A stretch of DNA of 64,000 nucleotides from Malacoraja senta (Eukaryota), in the NCBI GenBank assembly GCA_038087875.1, contig CM075989.1, positions 21,144,001 to 21,208,000 on the forward strand, written 5' to 3'. Both the position numbers and the translations under genes were made by a program. Positions 47,893 to 61,730 of this stretch are shown piece after piece; position 1 is the stretch's first letter, and each line of letters opens with the position of its first letter. Below the pieces are notes generated by a model. It had not been told where the DNA came from. It saw only the letters and a list, made by a program, of their open reading frames with translations, and did not search any database.

Positions 47893-49148
47893 CTCTCCAG
47901 GGAGAAGCAACGCTGGGCACAAACAGAAACCATTATACAGCGCAGGCAGCATTAAGTCGACACAAGGCCTACATCACTATCAACAGATGCCAGATTAATT
48001 GTGTTTCCCATTCTCTGCACCCATTTTCAGGGGCCATGCTGCATGGCCCCTGGAGTATTTTTATAGTAATCCATCTCACGACCCTAGATTCATTTAATAC
48101 TAAATTGACACCACACACGAGAGTTCAGAAATACTCCCTGCTCATCACCAAATGATTTACTACTGACAAAATTCTTTGCGACTCCCCTCACTCCTGGAAA
48201 TTCGGCAGACGGCAGCCAGAGAAAATTCAGCCTCATAATGTCACCCAATTTTATTTCACTCTACAAGATAAAATGGTTTTGTTAAGCAATACCTGCCACA
48301 GTTTAAGCGAACATTAGCAGTTCAAATATATTGGACACCATTCTTGCATTCCGGGGATATCTTTCAATATGAAGTTTGTTCTGCCTTCAAGTTCATTGTT
48401 AGAAGGTAGTCCGAGCCATGCCAATTTGTTGAGGACAATAAGCACCTGTGTAATATTCTAATTGTCTATTTTCAGCCCAATCCTAGTGTGGAATCCACTG
48501 GTATAATATATTTTTGTTGGCGATTTTGGAAGAAAATTCATCGTTCGGCAACTACTGCGGCAGAAAGGTGGGTTAAAAATATACAGAAAGGTTGTACTTG
48601 TAGATCCCATTGTCCTCTGTATATGTCCAAAAACAATCTTAGAAATGCATGAAACAGAACACATTTATATACGTAGATGAAAATTTCAAATTACTAAACA
48701 ATATACGGATGTATTTTATTATATCCAGTGCATTTCTTCTGCATTCTGTTGTAATTCTTTGGCGTGATTTATTATTCTGTTTCATTGTGGTTGAAAATTA
48801 CAGAATACTTAATTTCCAGTGGCGATAATGTTAAAAAATTAAAGTTTTAAAAATTCAGAATGTTGTCCGTCTGAATTAATCAAGTGAGCCTTTCTCTTGA
48901 AAAGTGCCCTTACGGGTAATTATCAATCACAAAATAAATCATTGCGCTTATGGTCTCCATACTACAATTTTTCTCAAAATATATAATTTTACAAGAATCT
49001 GTGCAGTTAAAAAAAACTTTAAACTGGAGGACGGTAGATGTGGAAACTATTCATTTTCTTGCTCCAAAAATCCCCATTTGTGGATAGTGTGTGCTCCAAT
49101 ACTTCAAGAGATTCCAGTAACTCTTTATTCCCCAGTTATTGATTGTGG

Positions 49149-49446
49149 TGGCACGGTGGCGCAGCGGTAGAGTTGCTGCCTTACAGCGCCTCAGACCCGG
49201 GTTCGATCCTGACTACAGGTGCTGTCTTTACGGAGATTTTACATTCTCCCTATGACCTGCGTGAGTTTTCTCCGGAAGCTCTGGTTTCCTCCCACACTCC
49301 AAAGATGCACAGGTTTGTATGTTAACTTTCTTGGTAAAAATCGTAAATTGTCCCTGGTGTGTGTAGGACAGTGTTGGTGTGCAGTGATGGAGCGGACACT
49401 GTGTGCCTAAACCAAACTAAACTAAATTAAACTAAACAAAACTAAA
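49149..49446 (+). mobile_element. HE1-like SINE
   Basis: Head, core and long (CTAAA)n tail. Confidence 0.88.
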
Positions 49447-49911
49447 TCTGTACCTGAATTTCCTTCTGCAAATTACTTCAATATTTCTGAAAAATGTTCC
49501 AAATTAAAAAACTTTAATTCCTCTGAAAATCTTCGCTCTCCTATTTTTCTTGGTTGCATTAATATTTTAAAAATGCAACATTTATCCTTGTTAGCTAACT
49601 AATCCAAAATACTTAGAACAGAAGGCTGTATTTAGTTTTGGTGGTTCGTAAGGAGCTGGTTCTCAGTTTTGCTACTTCCATTAAGCCATTAAAATAATGT
49701 GTACCCAGCCTGGATTAAATTTACTAAATGAAACACAGCAATCAAAAAATAACAGGAGATGGGAAAAGATGTAATGATGGAGAAAAGAAAGGAAATGTTC
49801 ATGTCTCCTCAGAGGAAGATTAATCTCTGCTATCTTCAAAAAGAGAAAAGATAGATAATATTGGCACATTTTTTTGTGTTGGTAAGATGAAAGAGGTACT
49901 ATTTGGCCTCT

Positions 49912-50142
49912 CATAAGGTCGTAAGTGATAGGAGCAGAATTAGGCCATTCAGCCCACCAAGTCCACTCTGCCATTCAATAATGGCTGATCTATCTCTCCC
50001 TCCAAACCCCATTCTCCTGCCTTTTCCCCACAACCCCTGACACCCTTGCTAATCAAGAATCTATCCATTTCTGCCTTAAAAATATCCATTGACTTGGCCT
50101 CCACAGCCTTCTGTGGCAAATAATTCAATGATTCACCACCCA
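49912..50142 (-). mobile_element. CR1/HER1 LINE 3' fragment
   Basis: Peptide LPQKAVEAKSMDIFKAEMDRFL plus UTR. Confidence 0.88.
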
Positions 50143-51734
50143 CACATCCTCTCTTGCTTCCCTATATACTTTTTACTTTTCAAAGCTATAAACCGCACAG
50201 CTTAGTTCAATTGGGATACAAGGAACTGCAGGAGCTGCTTTACAAAAAAAGACACAACGTGCTGGAGTAACTTAGCAAGGCAGGCAACATCTCTGGAGAA
50301 AATGGATAGATGATGTTTCAGGTCAAGACCTTTCTTCTTCAGAAGAAATCCAAAATGTCACCTATCCATATTCTTCAGAGATGCTGCCTCTTTTATTATG
50401 GATAGCATGCAAACAAAAGATTTTCACTGTATCTCGGTACACGTGCCAATAATATACAAAATTAAATTAAATCTTATTTAGTTTTAGTTTTGTTGACATT
50501 AATGTAGAAACAAAGAACTGCAGGTGCCAGTTAATACAAAGTGCTGGAATAACTCAGTGGGTCTGGCAGTATGTCTGGACAACATGGATAGGTGATGTTT
50601 CGGGTCGGGTCCTTTTTTCAGACCTATGTGCACGCTGATCCATATCAGTGAACATGCATGTGCGTGTGTGGTTGTGTAACAAATAAGGGCCCAAGGAAAA
50701 ATGCTGCCGCTCCATGCAACAAGGTCTTTGATCACATTCCAAATGTATCCATTTAAAAATAACCTGTGTTGCGTGATAGAATCTCCAGGTCTCCAATCTT
50801 GACTGGTGAAGTTTAGCTGGCAGTGTGTAGACATATATTAATATATCTGCTGGGCTCCCGCACTGCAGTCTGAACTCTTGCAAAGAATGAATCATTGTAC
50901 TTAGGGTTGAATTACAGTTTAAGAATTTGCAGTGACAGGCATGAGGAGCAGGCATAATGAGATCATTGTCTCTTGCCAACATGCCCACCTCTACTAAACT
51001 CCTGCCACTCTATCCCGTTAGACATTCAGCAGATTATAATGCCCCTTTCAAGCAACACTCTCACCACGAGCTCGGACAACAGGCTCACTGTTCCCCTGGT
51101 CGTGAACTGATACCGAATATTTTCCAAAGCAGTCAGAAAATATGTTGGTGTCGTGTTGAATCGGGCTCTGCGGGGGAAGTTAATACCGTGCTCAACTTGA
51201 TAAATGAAAACATCAGGACACATTTTGGTTCGCAGGATGTGTGAATACATTTGTGTTGGCACGGGGCAGGCGTTGGCATGAACTGTCCACTTACAAAGCC
51301 CAGCATATGGGGAGATAAGGAGTTACCACACAGCGCATCGGGTCCATGCCATTTTCCTGTCGCCATCGATGATCGTTGCAAGGTCTCTCCCTCGGTCGTT
51401 GGCTGGACAAATGCCAGGCAGCTTCCAGGACAATATTAGCACGCAGGTCAGGATGGGCGAGGCTTACGGAGAGAGCAAGACTAACCAGACGAATTAAACC
51501 AACAAATATTTTCATCAAAGACCAACCTTTCTTTCCAAACAACAATCTTAAGCAAATAAAGATACCAAGTGCTGGAGTAACTCAGCAGGTCAGGCAGCAT
51601 CCATGGAAAATATGGACAGATTGGGTGGGGACAGAAAGTTCGAAAAGTGGGGGGTGGGCAGGAAAGAGGGTTTTTTAATATGTAGATTGGACAATTTTAA
51701 ACGAATGATGGCCAATGAAACTTTTAGATTAGTC

Positions 51735-52050
51735 TAGCTTAGTTTAGAGATACAGCATGAAAGCAGGCCCTTCGGCCCACCGAGTCCATGCAAGTCATCA
51801 GTCACCCGTTCACATTAGTTTGTGTTATCCTGCTTTCTCATCCACTCCCTGCACATTGGGGGCAATTTAGAGAGGCCAATTAACCTTCAATCCTGCATAT
51901 CTTTGAGATGTGGATGGAAGCCGGAGCTCCTGGAGTAAACGCACGCGGTCATGGGGAGAACTTGCAAACTCCACACAGAAAGCACCCCAGGCCAGAATCT
52001 AACCCGGGTCTCAGGCACTGGAAGGCAGAAACTCAAGCGCCGTGCCACCT
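51735..52050 (-). mobile_element. HE1-like SINE variant
   Basis: Reverse complement of tail, core and head. Confidence 0.8.
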
Positions 52051-52250
52051 ATATGTGACAATAATAAACTAAACTAAATTAAAATATCTCCATTAAACTT
52101 TCTCCTACTCACCTTACAGCTACTCACCTTATAGCTATGCACCTTATTGTTGGTCATTTCCACCCTGTGGAAAAAAGTTCTAACTGTCTAAAGAAGGGTT
52201 TGGACTATCTAAAAAAAAGGTTTTGAATATCCGACTGAGAACTAGGAAGC

Positions 52251-53810
52251 AGATTCAGATTCAGATTCAGATTCAGATTCAACTTTATTGTCATTGTGCA
52301 GTGTACAGTACAGTGTCAACGAAATGCAGTTAGCATCTCCCTGGAAGAGCGACATAAATATGAGCAGTAAATAAATAAATCTAATAAATCCTGGTGGGAG
52401 GAGTGTCCGGGGGGGGGGTGATTGGCAGTCACCGAGGTACAGTGTTGAGTAGTGTAACAGCCGCAGGGAAGAAGCTGTTCCTGGACCTGCTGGTCCGGCA
52501 ACGGAGAGACCTGTAGCGCCTCCCGGATGGTAGGAGGGTAAACAGTCTGTGGTTGGGGTGAGAGCAGTCCTTGGCGATGCTGAGCGCCCTTCGCAGACAT
52601 CGCTTGCTTTGGACAGACTCAATGGAGGGGAGTGAGGAACCGGTGATGCGTTGGGCAATTTTCACCACCCTCTGCAGTGCTTTCCGGTCGGAGACAGAGC
52701 AGTTGCCATACCCTACTGTGATACAGTTGGTAAGGATGCTCTCGATGGTGCAGTGGTAGAAGTTCACCAGAATCTGAGGCGACAGATGGACCTTCTTTAG
52801 TCTCCTCAGGAAGAAGAGACGCTGGTGAGCCTTCTTGACCAGAGTTGAGGTATTGTGGGTCCAAGACAGGTCATCGGAGATGTTGACCCCCAGGAACCTG
52901 AAGCTGGAAACACGTTCTACCTCCGTCCCATTAATGTGGATGGGGGTGTGCGTGCCGCCCATAGACTTCCTGAAGTTTACAATGAGCTCCTTGGTCTTCT
53001 TGGAGTTAAGGGCCAGGTTGTTGTCAGCGCACCATGCTGCTAGGAGCTGGACCTCCTTCCTATAGGCCGACTCATCGTTTTTGCTGATGAGGCCAATCAC
53101 CGTTGTATCATCTGCATACTTGATGATGGTGTTAGTACCATGTACAGGTGTGCAGTAGTAGGTGAAGAGGGAGTAGAGGAGGGGGCTCAGCACACAGCCC
53201 TGTGGAACGCCGGTGTTCAGGGTGAGGGTTGAAGAGGTGTGCTTGTCTAACCTAACAGACTGGGGTGTGTTGGTTAGAAAGTCCAGTATCCAGTTGCAGA
53301 GGGAGGGGATTTGGTGATCAGTTTAGAGGGTATGATGGTGTTGAATGCTGAGCTGTAATCGATGAACAGCATTCTAACATAAGTGTCTCTGTTGTCGAGG
53401 TGGGAGAGGGCGGAGTGAAGTGCCGTTGAGATGGCATCCTCCGTACTCCTGTTCTTGCGGTAGGCAAACTGATAGGGATCCAACGTGGGGGGTAGGCAGC
53501 CTTTGAGGTGTGCCAGGACCAGCCTCTCGAAGCACTTGGCGATGATGGGAGTAAGTGCAACTGGGCGGAAGTCGTTGAGGCTTGCCGCAGTGGAGTGTTT
53601 TGGCACCGGCACGATGGAGGTGGATTTAAGGCACGTGGGCACAACTGCTTGGGCAAGTGACAGGTTGAAGATGTCAGTCCAGACGTCTGTCAGCTGCGCA
53701 GCACAGGCCCTGAGGACGCGCCCGGGGATGCCGTCGGGGCCAGCAGCCTTACGTGCATTAGTCCTACTCAGTGCCACGTACACGTCGTAGGGGGTGAGTG
53801 AGAGGGGCAG
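52251..53810 (-). mobile_element. Rex1/Babar-clade non-LTR retrotransposon, 5'-truncated, RT domain
   Basis: [17 protein letters not shown]..., [69 protein letters not shown]; one frameshifting deletion near 53310; stop at 52429; (GAATCT)n tail at 52251-52280. Confidence 0.93.
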
Positions 53811-54000
53811 GGAGCCAACTGCCGATTGTCGATGCAAGGAGTTCTACATGTGTGCAGGGATCACTGGTTGGTGCAGACTCGGTGGGCCAAGGGCCTGTTT
53901 CCGTGCTGTATCTCTAAACTAAACTAAATTCCTCTCATCAGCTAAAGTGCGGTCCTGACTTCTCATCCACCTGATTAGAGACCATTGAACTATCTTTAAT

Positions 54001-54129
54001 CTGAAGAAGGGTCTCGACCCGAAACGTCACCCATTCCTTCTCTCCAGAGATGCTGCCTGTCCCGCTGAGTTACTCCAGCATTTTGTGTCCACCTTCCATT
54101 TAAACCAGCATCTGCAGTTCTTTCTTACA
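54001..54129 (+). mobile_element. Penelope-derived mini-element starting at the hammerhead core
   Basis: CTGAAGAAGGGTCTCGACCCGAAACGTC at 54001-54028; TSD TATCTTTAATC at 53991-54001 and 54130-54140, inside a Rex-type UTR. Confidence 0.87.
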
Positions 54130-54457
54130 TATCTTTAATCAGACTTTATCTTGCACTAAATGTTGTATCCTTCATCTTTGTTCTGTGGACAGCTTGGTTG
54201 TCTTTTCTATGACTGGAGAGCACGGACGGAAGCTTTTCACTGTACCTCAAAACGTAACTGTGATAAACTAAATTAGACTAGCTAACATTGAGGCCAGTCA
54301 TGCCTGCTCAGTTAAGCCTGCTTCAGTATGTGACAGGTACACGGAGAGGCAAGGTTTGGAGGGATTTGCCCAAACATGGGCAAACATGGGCAAATGGGAC
54401 TAGCTTCGATTGGGGCATCTTAGCTGGCATGAATCATGGCTTGGCTGGCTGGCTGGT

Positions 54458-54630
54458 ACCAATGGATATTTTTAAGGCAGAGATGGATAGATTCTTGATT
54501 GGTACGGGTGTCAGGGGTTATGGGAAGAAGGGTGGAGAATGGGGTTAGGAGGGAGAGATAGATTGAATGGCAGAGTAGACTTGATGGGCCGAAAGGGCTA
54601 ATTCTGCTCCTATCACTTATGACCTTATGA
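54458..54630 (+). mobile_element. CR1/HER1 3' UTR fragment
   Basis: Standard CR1 end. Confidence 0.85.
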
Positions 54631-54950
54631 ATGAGTGGGAACGAAGTGCCTGTTTCCTTGCTGTATGACTGTATGACTCTCTGAGTGTTCTCTGTGTTCG
54701 CTAACTGAGAACATGCATATACTGTGGGTTGTGTGCAGATCACTGCACAATGTAACTGAGCACGCATGACTGCCTCCATGTGTTTGCATGTCCCATACGA
54801 AGGCAGAATCCAGAACAAACATCCAGATTGTGGGCAAGTTAGGCCAAAGGGCTTGTTTCCATGCTGTATCACACAATGACTCTGACCCTATGACTCTATG
54901 ATGTAACTTCTTCAAAAATTGAAATATTGAAAAAAAATCTCAGGAACATT

Positions 54951-55385
54951 ACTTTACTTAGACTTAGTTCCTCCCACACTGTTGAGTGCATTGGGCATCA
55001 AGCTTTCACCATTCTGTTAGGATATGTGCGACGTCTTCCACCCTTGATAGGCTTGCGTCCCGGGCTTCCAAATCCTTCTGGGATGTTTGCGTCCGTGTGA
55101 GTTTTGGTCGGCCTCTTTTCCTTCTTCCATCAGCTTGCCATGTCATTGCTATCTTAGGTGCAGGTTCTGGTGACATTCTGAGTACATGTCCTGCAGATTT
55201 CATCCTGCGTACCTCTATGTCCTGGCTGAGAGGCTTTGTTCCATTTCCCAGTAGATCTCCTCGTTTGTGATGTGGTCTTCAGGATCTTCCTCAAGCAGCG
55301 TTGCTGGAATGCATCCAATTTCTTTTTCATCTTCACGTTGATTGTCCATGTCTCATTGGCATAGATGGCTGTAGGATGGAACATT
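54951..55385 (-). mobile_element. RTE/RTEX-clade LINE 3' fragment
   Basis: Peptides PTAIYANETWT..KKLDAFQQRCLRKIL and AGHVLRM...WQADGRRKRGRPK; tail GAGGAACTAAGTCTAAGTAAAGTAA. Confidence 0.85.
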
Positions 55386-58300
55386 ACCAGATATAAATTA
55401 TGTCTGGTGACAAAACACTTGGCTGAAGCGTTACAGTTATTCTGGCTCCACTCTGTGGAGCCCAAACTCACTTTCCCTTAGGGATTACATAACGGAAGCA
55501 TGGCAATGGGCAAATGTGGACAACGTATAAATTCCGTACTGACAGTACCCATAGTCAGGATCGAACCTGGATCTCTGACGCTGTAAGGCAGCAACTCTAC
55601 CGCCGTGCTGCCCTCATCTTATCCTCAATGAAATTGTGTTGGTAACCAGTAATATCCGATTAATCCAATGAAGATATTTACCTAGTTTTTCTCCCGTAAT
55701 AGATGCTAAAATTGATTTGAGGCTAACCCAATTTAACGGTATTTGCAAATAAAAATGTAAGAGCCATCTCTGCATAATTTATTATAGCAGAATAATGGCC
55801 CCATAGCAGAAGCGTCCACGTCACGGGGCTAGAAACTGGAAGTGTCCTGAGCTAATTCTGCTACTCCCGTCATCCATGGCGTCAAGTGATGGCTCCCACT
55901 GATTGTCGCCGGAATCCTGCGTCCTTTTCAGGACGGATGATGACAGCGAGGTCAACGTTTGTAACAAGATGGACACGAAAAGAAGAAGAAGCAGAATAAT
56001 GAACTGTTCTGGAGAGAAAGAAAACAATCTCCAGTAACCCACAAGGCTACAAAACATATTTGAAATCCATAGCTGGGTTCAATGTTTTATTAAAGCAAAA
56101 TACTGACACAAAGGATTACAAATCCTAACAATGGAACAATAGGAAAAAATCTGGTTGGCTTTTCACAAAATGATTAGGAGGAGAAGGTTTAAGCAATGCA
56201 TCTGGAGATTGCTTTCCCTGATTCTTCATTAGCCTTTAATGTTCTTAGTTTTCTTAGTTGCAATTATAACTAATGAAATATTTGTGAAGTCAAATACTAC
56301 ATCTGTAAATAGAATCTGCTATTAGAGCCTTTTCTTGCAAACTTGAAATACCATGGAGCTTTTAAAAGGCAACATGAGGGGATATTATTACTTTAATTAA
56401 TCAGTTTTTATTATAATTGCATCCATTCAATCATTAAGAAGGCTTGTGCTCGGAAGCACTCATGCTGGAGTTGCTGGTGAGAATAACTGTGGTGCAGGGA
56501 GGCAAAAACAAATTTGCAATGTCAGTATTGATAATATGTTGCGGAGAAAGAAATGTCCAAATCAATTGAGCCTCATCTGGGCAATTGGACAAATTCAGGC
56601 TTCCAGCAGGACTAGGCCGACTCCTGATAAATTTGCCCTTATTATCGCTATTGATGTTTGAATTTCTTCAGGTTGTTGTTACATGGGCACCAGGCAGCAA
56701 CAGTGGTTCCACGACCTGCTTCAATCCATAATCTACACCTGTTAGTGCTTACCCTTGTTGCCTTCTGAGTATGTTTCAGCTAAAAGGTTAACAAAAGATT
56801 TGTCTGAGAAAACAGGCTAGCTCTTTACTCCTGCAGCAACAGATCAATGCAGAGTAAATAACCTTTTCTACCTTATTTCCCAGAGCACTATTGATCTCCG
56901 AGATTTTTTTTCCCCCTTCCTTTTTCCTTCAGCGCTCCTGTCTGCTAACCCCTGGGACTCTAACGATCGCCTCATATTGGACATGCTAACTGGCATATTA
57001 TGACAGCTAGTGTTTTGTCACTCTGCGCATTGCTATATAAAAGTGTCTGCTCTGAGTCCCAGCCTCACGATTCGGCAACATGGCGAGGAAAATGTGAAAG
57101 ACCACAATTTTTCTTTTTCTTTTCCTGCTGCTTCCTTTCCGCCATTAATTTCTTGGATCTCTTCCCAAACGCCGAACCGGGACCAACAGCGAATGTCGGG
57201 AAAGCGGCCCTTCACGGAGCACATTTCAATGTGTTTATTTGTAGGGTAAGTCTTCCTTCTAAGCCGGCAGTAAACCAAAAGAACCACTTATGGTTTTGAT
57301 AGACATTGGTCGAGGGGTAGCAAGACATCACAAATGTTGTGCCCTCAATTATGACAGGAATCAGAACTCGAGTAGAATAATTGTTTTTTTTTAAAACTTT
57401 ATAAGCTTTGTTTACCAAAATTAGAAGCAGGTAATTTTAAGATTCTAAGGGTGTACTTGATGTGCAATAGAAGAAATATTGGATATTTTGTGTGTATCCT
57501 CAATGCTGGTCTAATTTTATTGAACTGTAGCTATCATTTATACATCTCAGTTACACATTTGATGGTTAGCTAGCAAAACCATGCTGTTAAACCACAGTGT
57601 AGGCATCAATCTTATTGAATATTATCTGTTTATAAAGCACCGGACTTATCTCTCCTCAGCAGGATAATGTTGCTTCCATTTTATGATACAATATTTGAAA
57701 TAGATATATTTACTCCACTTCATGATGCCTAACAAGGTAGAGGTGAAAACTATTTCAAAAAGAAACTCATTCTCAGGCATTTAGCAATACACACAGATGA
57801 CATATTATTTTAGACATAATTCTGAAGATTTGTTTTACAATTTTATTTAAATGGATTCAAAATGACTGCACAATGAAAGGTTGCAGCAACAAGATACTGT
57901 TGATAATATTATGCTCTTAACAATGACAAAAGGTTAAAACATTACACAGAACTACACAAACGGTGAGTTTGATATATTCAGAGAAAAATGCTCAAAACTT
58001 TTTTTTCCCCACTTTTTATCTTCTTTGTATAATAAGCTGGTGCTATGATGTATTACTGTCAAAACTATTACTGGTAACAATCTGTAATGGCTGAGATTAC
58101 TTGTCAAGCATTCGTTATCAAAGATTAAAATGATTTTAAAAATATTGTTCCGTTTTCAGTTCTAACATGTTAAACATAAAGTTCAAATTCTCGAGATTAA
58201 CATTGTATATATCCCTTAAAAGAAAATAGACTTGCAAATACAGACCAACAGTTTAATCAAAATTTTATTGCAGGATTATTCCTACATTGTGGTATTTTGC

Positions 58301-58669
58301 ACAAATCAAATTAAGTTTTCATAAATTACAGAAAATCTATTGTACAAGGGTTAGAAGAGTCTTTTGGGGAAAAGTGCTGTTTATTTTAGGTTTACGGTGA
58401 ATTTTATATATGAAGTTGGCAATGTTTGGTATTTAGCCTGTTTCTAATCTATTCTGGCGCTGCCAAATCCAGAACAGTTTTAGATACATTTGCAAATCTG
58501 TGACGTGCATTTGAGAAGCATAGATGATGGTCAGGTTATCTCCTAGGACCTAGACCAAAGATGCTTCTGAGAAAGACAAGACTGTTTTAATTTCTCAAAG
58601 CTTGAAAGAAATGTCCGTCCACCTTGTCAATTGTGAACTAAATCTAAACTAAGCGGCAAAGAAATTACA

Positions 58670-59042
58670 CAAAGATAGACGCAAAAAGCTGGAGTAACTC
58701 ATCGGATCAGACAGCATCTCTGAGGAAAAGGAATAGGTGACGTTTCGGGTCGACACCCTTCTCCAGACTGAGAGTCAGGGGAAAGGGAAATGAGAGATAT
58801 AGACGGTGAGATAGAGAGATATAGAACAAATGAATGAAAGATATGCAAAAGAGTAACAATGAAACAAGAAACAGGCCATTGTTGGCTGCGGGCTAGGTGA
58901 AAACAATGATGGGTTGGGGAGGGATGGAGAGAGAGCAGGGATGCAAGGGTTACTTGAAGTTAGAGATATCAATACTTATACCGCTGGGTTGTAAGTTGCC
59001 CAAGCAAAATATGAGGCGTTGTTTCTCCAATTTGCATTTGGC
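58670..59042 (-). mobile_element. Penelope-like element 3' end, second subfamily
   Basis: 59042-58950 translates as AKCKLEKQRLIFCLGNLQPSGISIDISNFK*, followed by UTR and a degenerate hammerhead pLTR. Confidence 0.85.
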
Positions 59043-60169
59043 AAAATACATGAATGACTGAATCAAATAACAAGAAGGTAAAGAAGATAAAAGTGGAAAT
59101 GGAATAAGGTTACTGCTGAACCGTTTACCACAATATTGATTTTCCCTTTCTTTTATTCCCGATGAGTATCTTTTTTCTCCTTGCTGTTAATGACTGATTA
59201 CAGCCTTTCCCTTTATGATGACAACACCACTAATATTGTCAACACTTTGTCAATTGATCAATGCACTACAAAGTAATATTTGTTTCCCATGCCACTAAAA
59301 ACATTGCCTCTAATTGAAAAACGATGGGACACTTCACAGGCGATACGACAAACTGCAGATGCTGCGATCTTGAGCAAAGCACAGAGTGCTGGAGGAACTC
59401 AGGGGTTTAGGCAGTCTGAAGAATGGTCCCGACCCGAATGGTCATCTGTCCATTCTCTTCACAGATGATGCCTGACCCGCTGAGTTCCTCCAGCATTATG
59501 TGTTGTACACGTTACAGGACATGTTTGATGTGTGGAGATATTGTCCTGTGACTTAGAGTCATAGAGAGTCGTAGAGTGATACAGTGGGGAAACAGGCCCG
59601 ACTTGCCCAAGCTGGCCAACATGTCCCAGCTACACTAGTCCCACCTACCTGTGTTTGCCCCATATCCTTCCAAACCTGTCAAACCCATCATCTCCCGGAG
59701 AACTGTTCAGTCTGGGTGGATTCATGAAGTTTAAATTTCAAAAGAAATCCTGTCCTTTATTCTAGTTTAGGTTAGTTTAGAGATACAGCGTGGAAACAGG
59801 CCCTTCAGCCCACCCTTCTCCCCGTTACCTGGTCAGCGTGGACTCAGTGGGCCGAAGGGCCTGATTCCACGCTGGATCTCTAAACTAAGCTATAAAAGTG
59901 GGTACCTCTATGACCACAAGGGCACTTACAATCAGCTTTAGGTTCTGGCTGTTCCAACAATACCCACAACCTGTGGATGACTTTTTCAAAAAAACTTTAA
60001 ATAAGGAATGAACTGTCTTGTTCAATTCTCTTCCATGTTGTCTTGAAGTTGCAATTTCTTACAGGGTATTTGGCATGTGGGCTTGTGGATTTATTGGCCG
60101 CTGTACAATTGGCCCTAATGTGTAGGGGGTGGATACGAAAGTGGGATTTCTGGTATAGTTTAATTACAT

Positions 60170-60640
60170 TTAGAGATACAGCATGGAAACAGGCCATTCG
60201 GTCCACCGAGTCCACGAGGACCAACGATCGCCCGTACACTAGTTCCATCCTACACACGAGGGACCATTCACAGAAGCCAATTAACCTACAAACCTGCACG
60301 TCTTTGGCGTGTGGGAGGAAATCGGAGCACCCGAAGAAAACCCACGCAATGACAGGGAGAACGTACAAACTCCACACAGACAGCACCCGAGGTCAGGATT
60401 GAACCGGGGTCATTGGCGCTGCGAGGCAGCAGCTCCTCTGCTGCGGTCCCTGTGCCCTGTGGAGTTAACCTGGAGAAAACCCACGCGGTCACAGGGAGAA
60501 CGTACACACTCTGTACAGACTCTGATGGCATAGAACTGGTGTGCATGGCTGCTCACTGGTTGGCATGGAGTCAGTGGGCCGAAGGGCCTGTTTCCATGTT
60601 GTATCTCTAAACTAAACTAAACTAAAGTAAAGTAAACTAA
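60170..60640. mobile_element. HE1-like SINE (-) with adjoining SINE fragments
   Basis: Minus copy at 60170-60445, plus-strand tail at 60530-60640. Confidence 0.8.
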
Positions 60641-61336
60641 TAGGAACAGCAATTAAAAGAAGAATCTGTGCGTGAGATGGCATCACAGTGGAATAGGCCT
60701 TGGTGTTCAGTAATTTAAACTGGCAAGATGAAATGAGGATTGATAGTAAGCGATGTTTAGTGTGGAGCTGAAACGTTCAACGTATGAGTGCATTAACTAT
60801 TGTAGCCGTGCATCTAAAGGTTATACTACTTACAAGGAGACATAGGACTGTTGAATATACAATTTTTAATTCAACAGTGTCGTATTTGTATAAATTATTC
60901 AGATACAATAGCCAGAATACTGGGCTATTTCCTTCAGTTTCCCAGAATCACCTCAGTTAACTTTGCAAAAATTATGTTTGTGATATTTTGACTGGGGACT
61001 AATTTAGGTTTATAAGAAAATAACTACGTCTTAAAATTGGCAAGTTGGTGTGGACTCAAACCAAGAAAGATTACTATTATTGCCCCATAAAGATAAAACT
61101 ATCCGGCTGATTTCAATTGATTGTAGTAACCTGGTGGTGGAAGTGGAATTTAACACCGTGACAACTTATTAACCATCCATTATTTAAATGTAATTATTGT
61201 TGAGGAGGTTTTCAAGACGGTGGCAAAAGTGAGAAAGCTCAAATATAAGCTATCAGTGCAGCAGACATTGCTCACATGGTGTATTACAGAAAGAAAGTCT
61301 GAAATGGGGACCAAAGGATTAGACAATTAGATAAGG

Positions 61337-61730
61337 GGGTGGACCTCATTGAAACTTACCGAATAGTTAAAGGCCTGGATAGAGTGGATGTGGAAAGGAT
61401 GTTTCCACTCGCGGGAGAGTCTAGAACCAGAGGTCATAGCCTCAGAATTTAAGGATGTACCTTCAGGAAGGAGATGAGGTGGAATTTCTTCAGTCAGAGG
61501 GCGGTGAATCTGTGGAATTCTTTGCCACAGAAGGCTGTGGAGACCAAGTCAATAGATATTTTTAAGGCAGAGATAGATAGATTCTTGATTAATACGGGTG
61601 TCAGGGGTTATGGGGAGAAGGCAGGAGAATAGGGTTGAGAGGGAAAGATAGATCAGGCATGATTGACTGGCAGATAGACTTAATGGGCTGAATGGCCTAA
61701 TTCTGTTCATATCACTTCTGGACTTATGAA
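61337..61730 (+). mobile_element. CR1/HER1 LINE 3' fragment
   Basis: Peptide DLIETYRIVKGLDRVDVERMFPLAGESRTRGHSLRI plus UTR. Confidence 0.9.

Noticed and set aside
50550..51550. Cluster of 80-144 aa ORFs in unique sequence
   Set aside because: No recognisable domain and no convincing splice-site frame; cannot be supported as exons.
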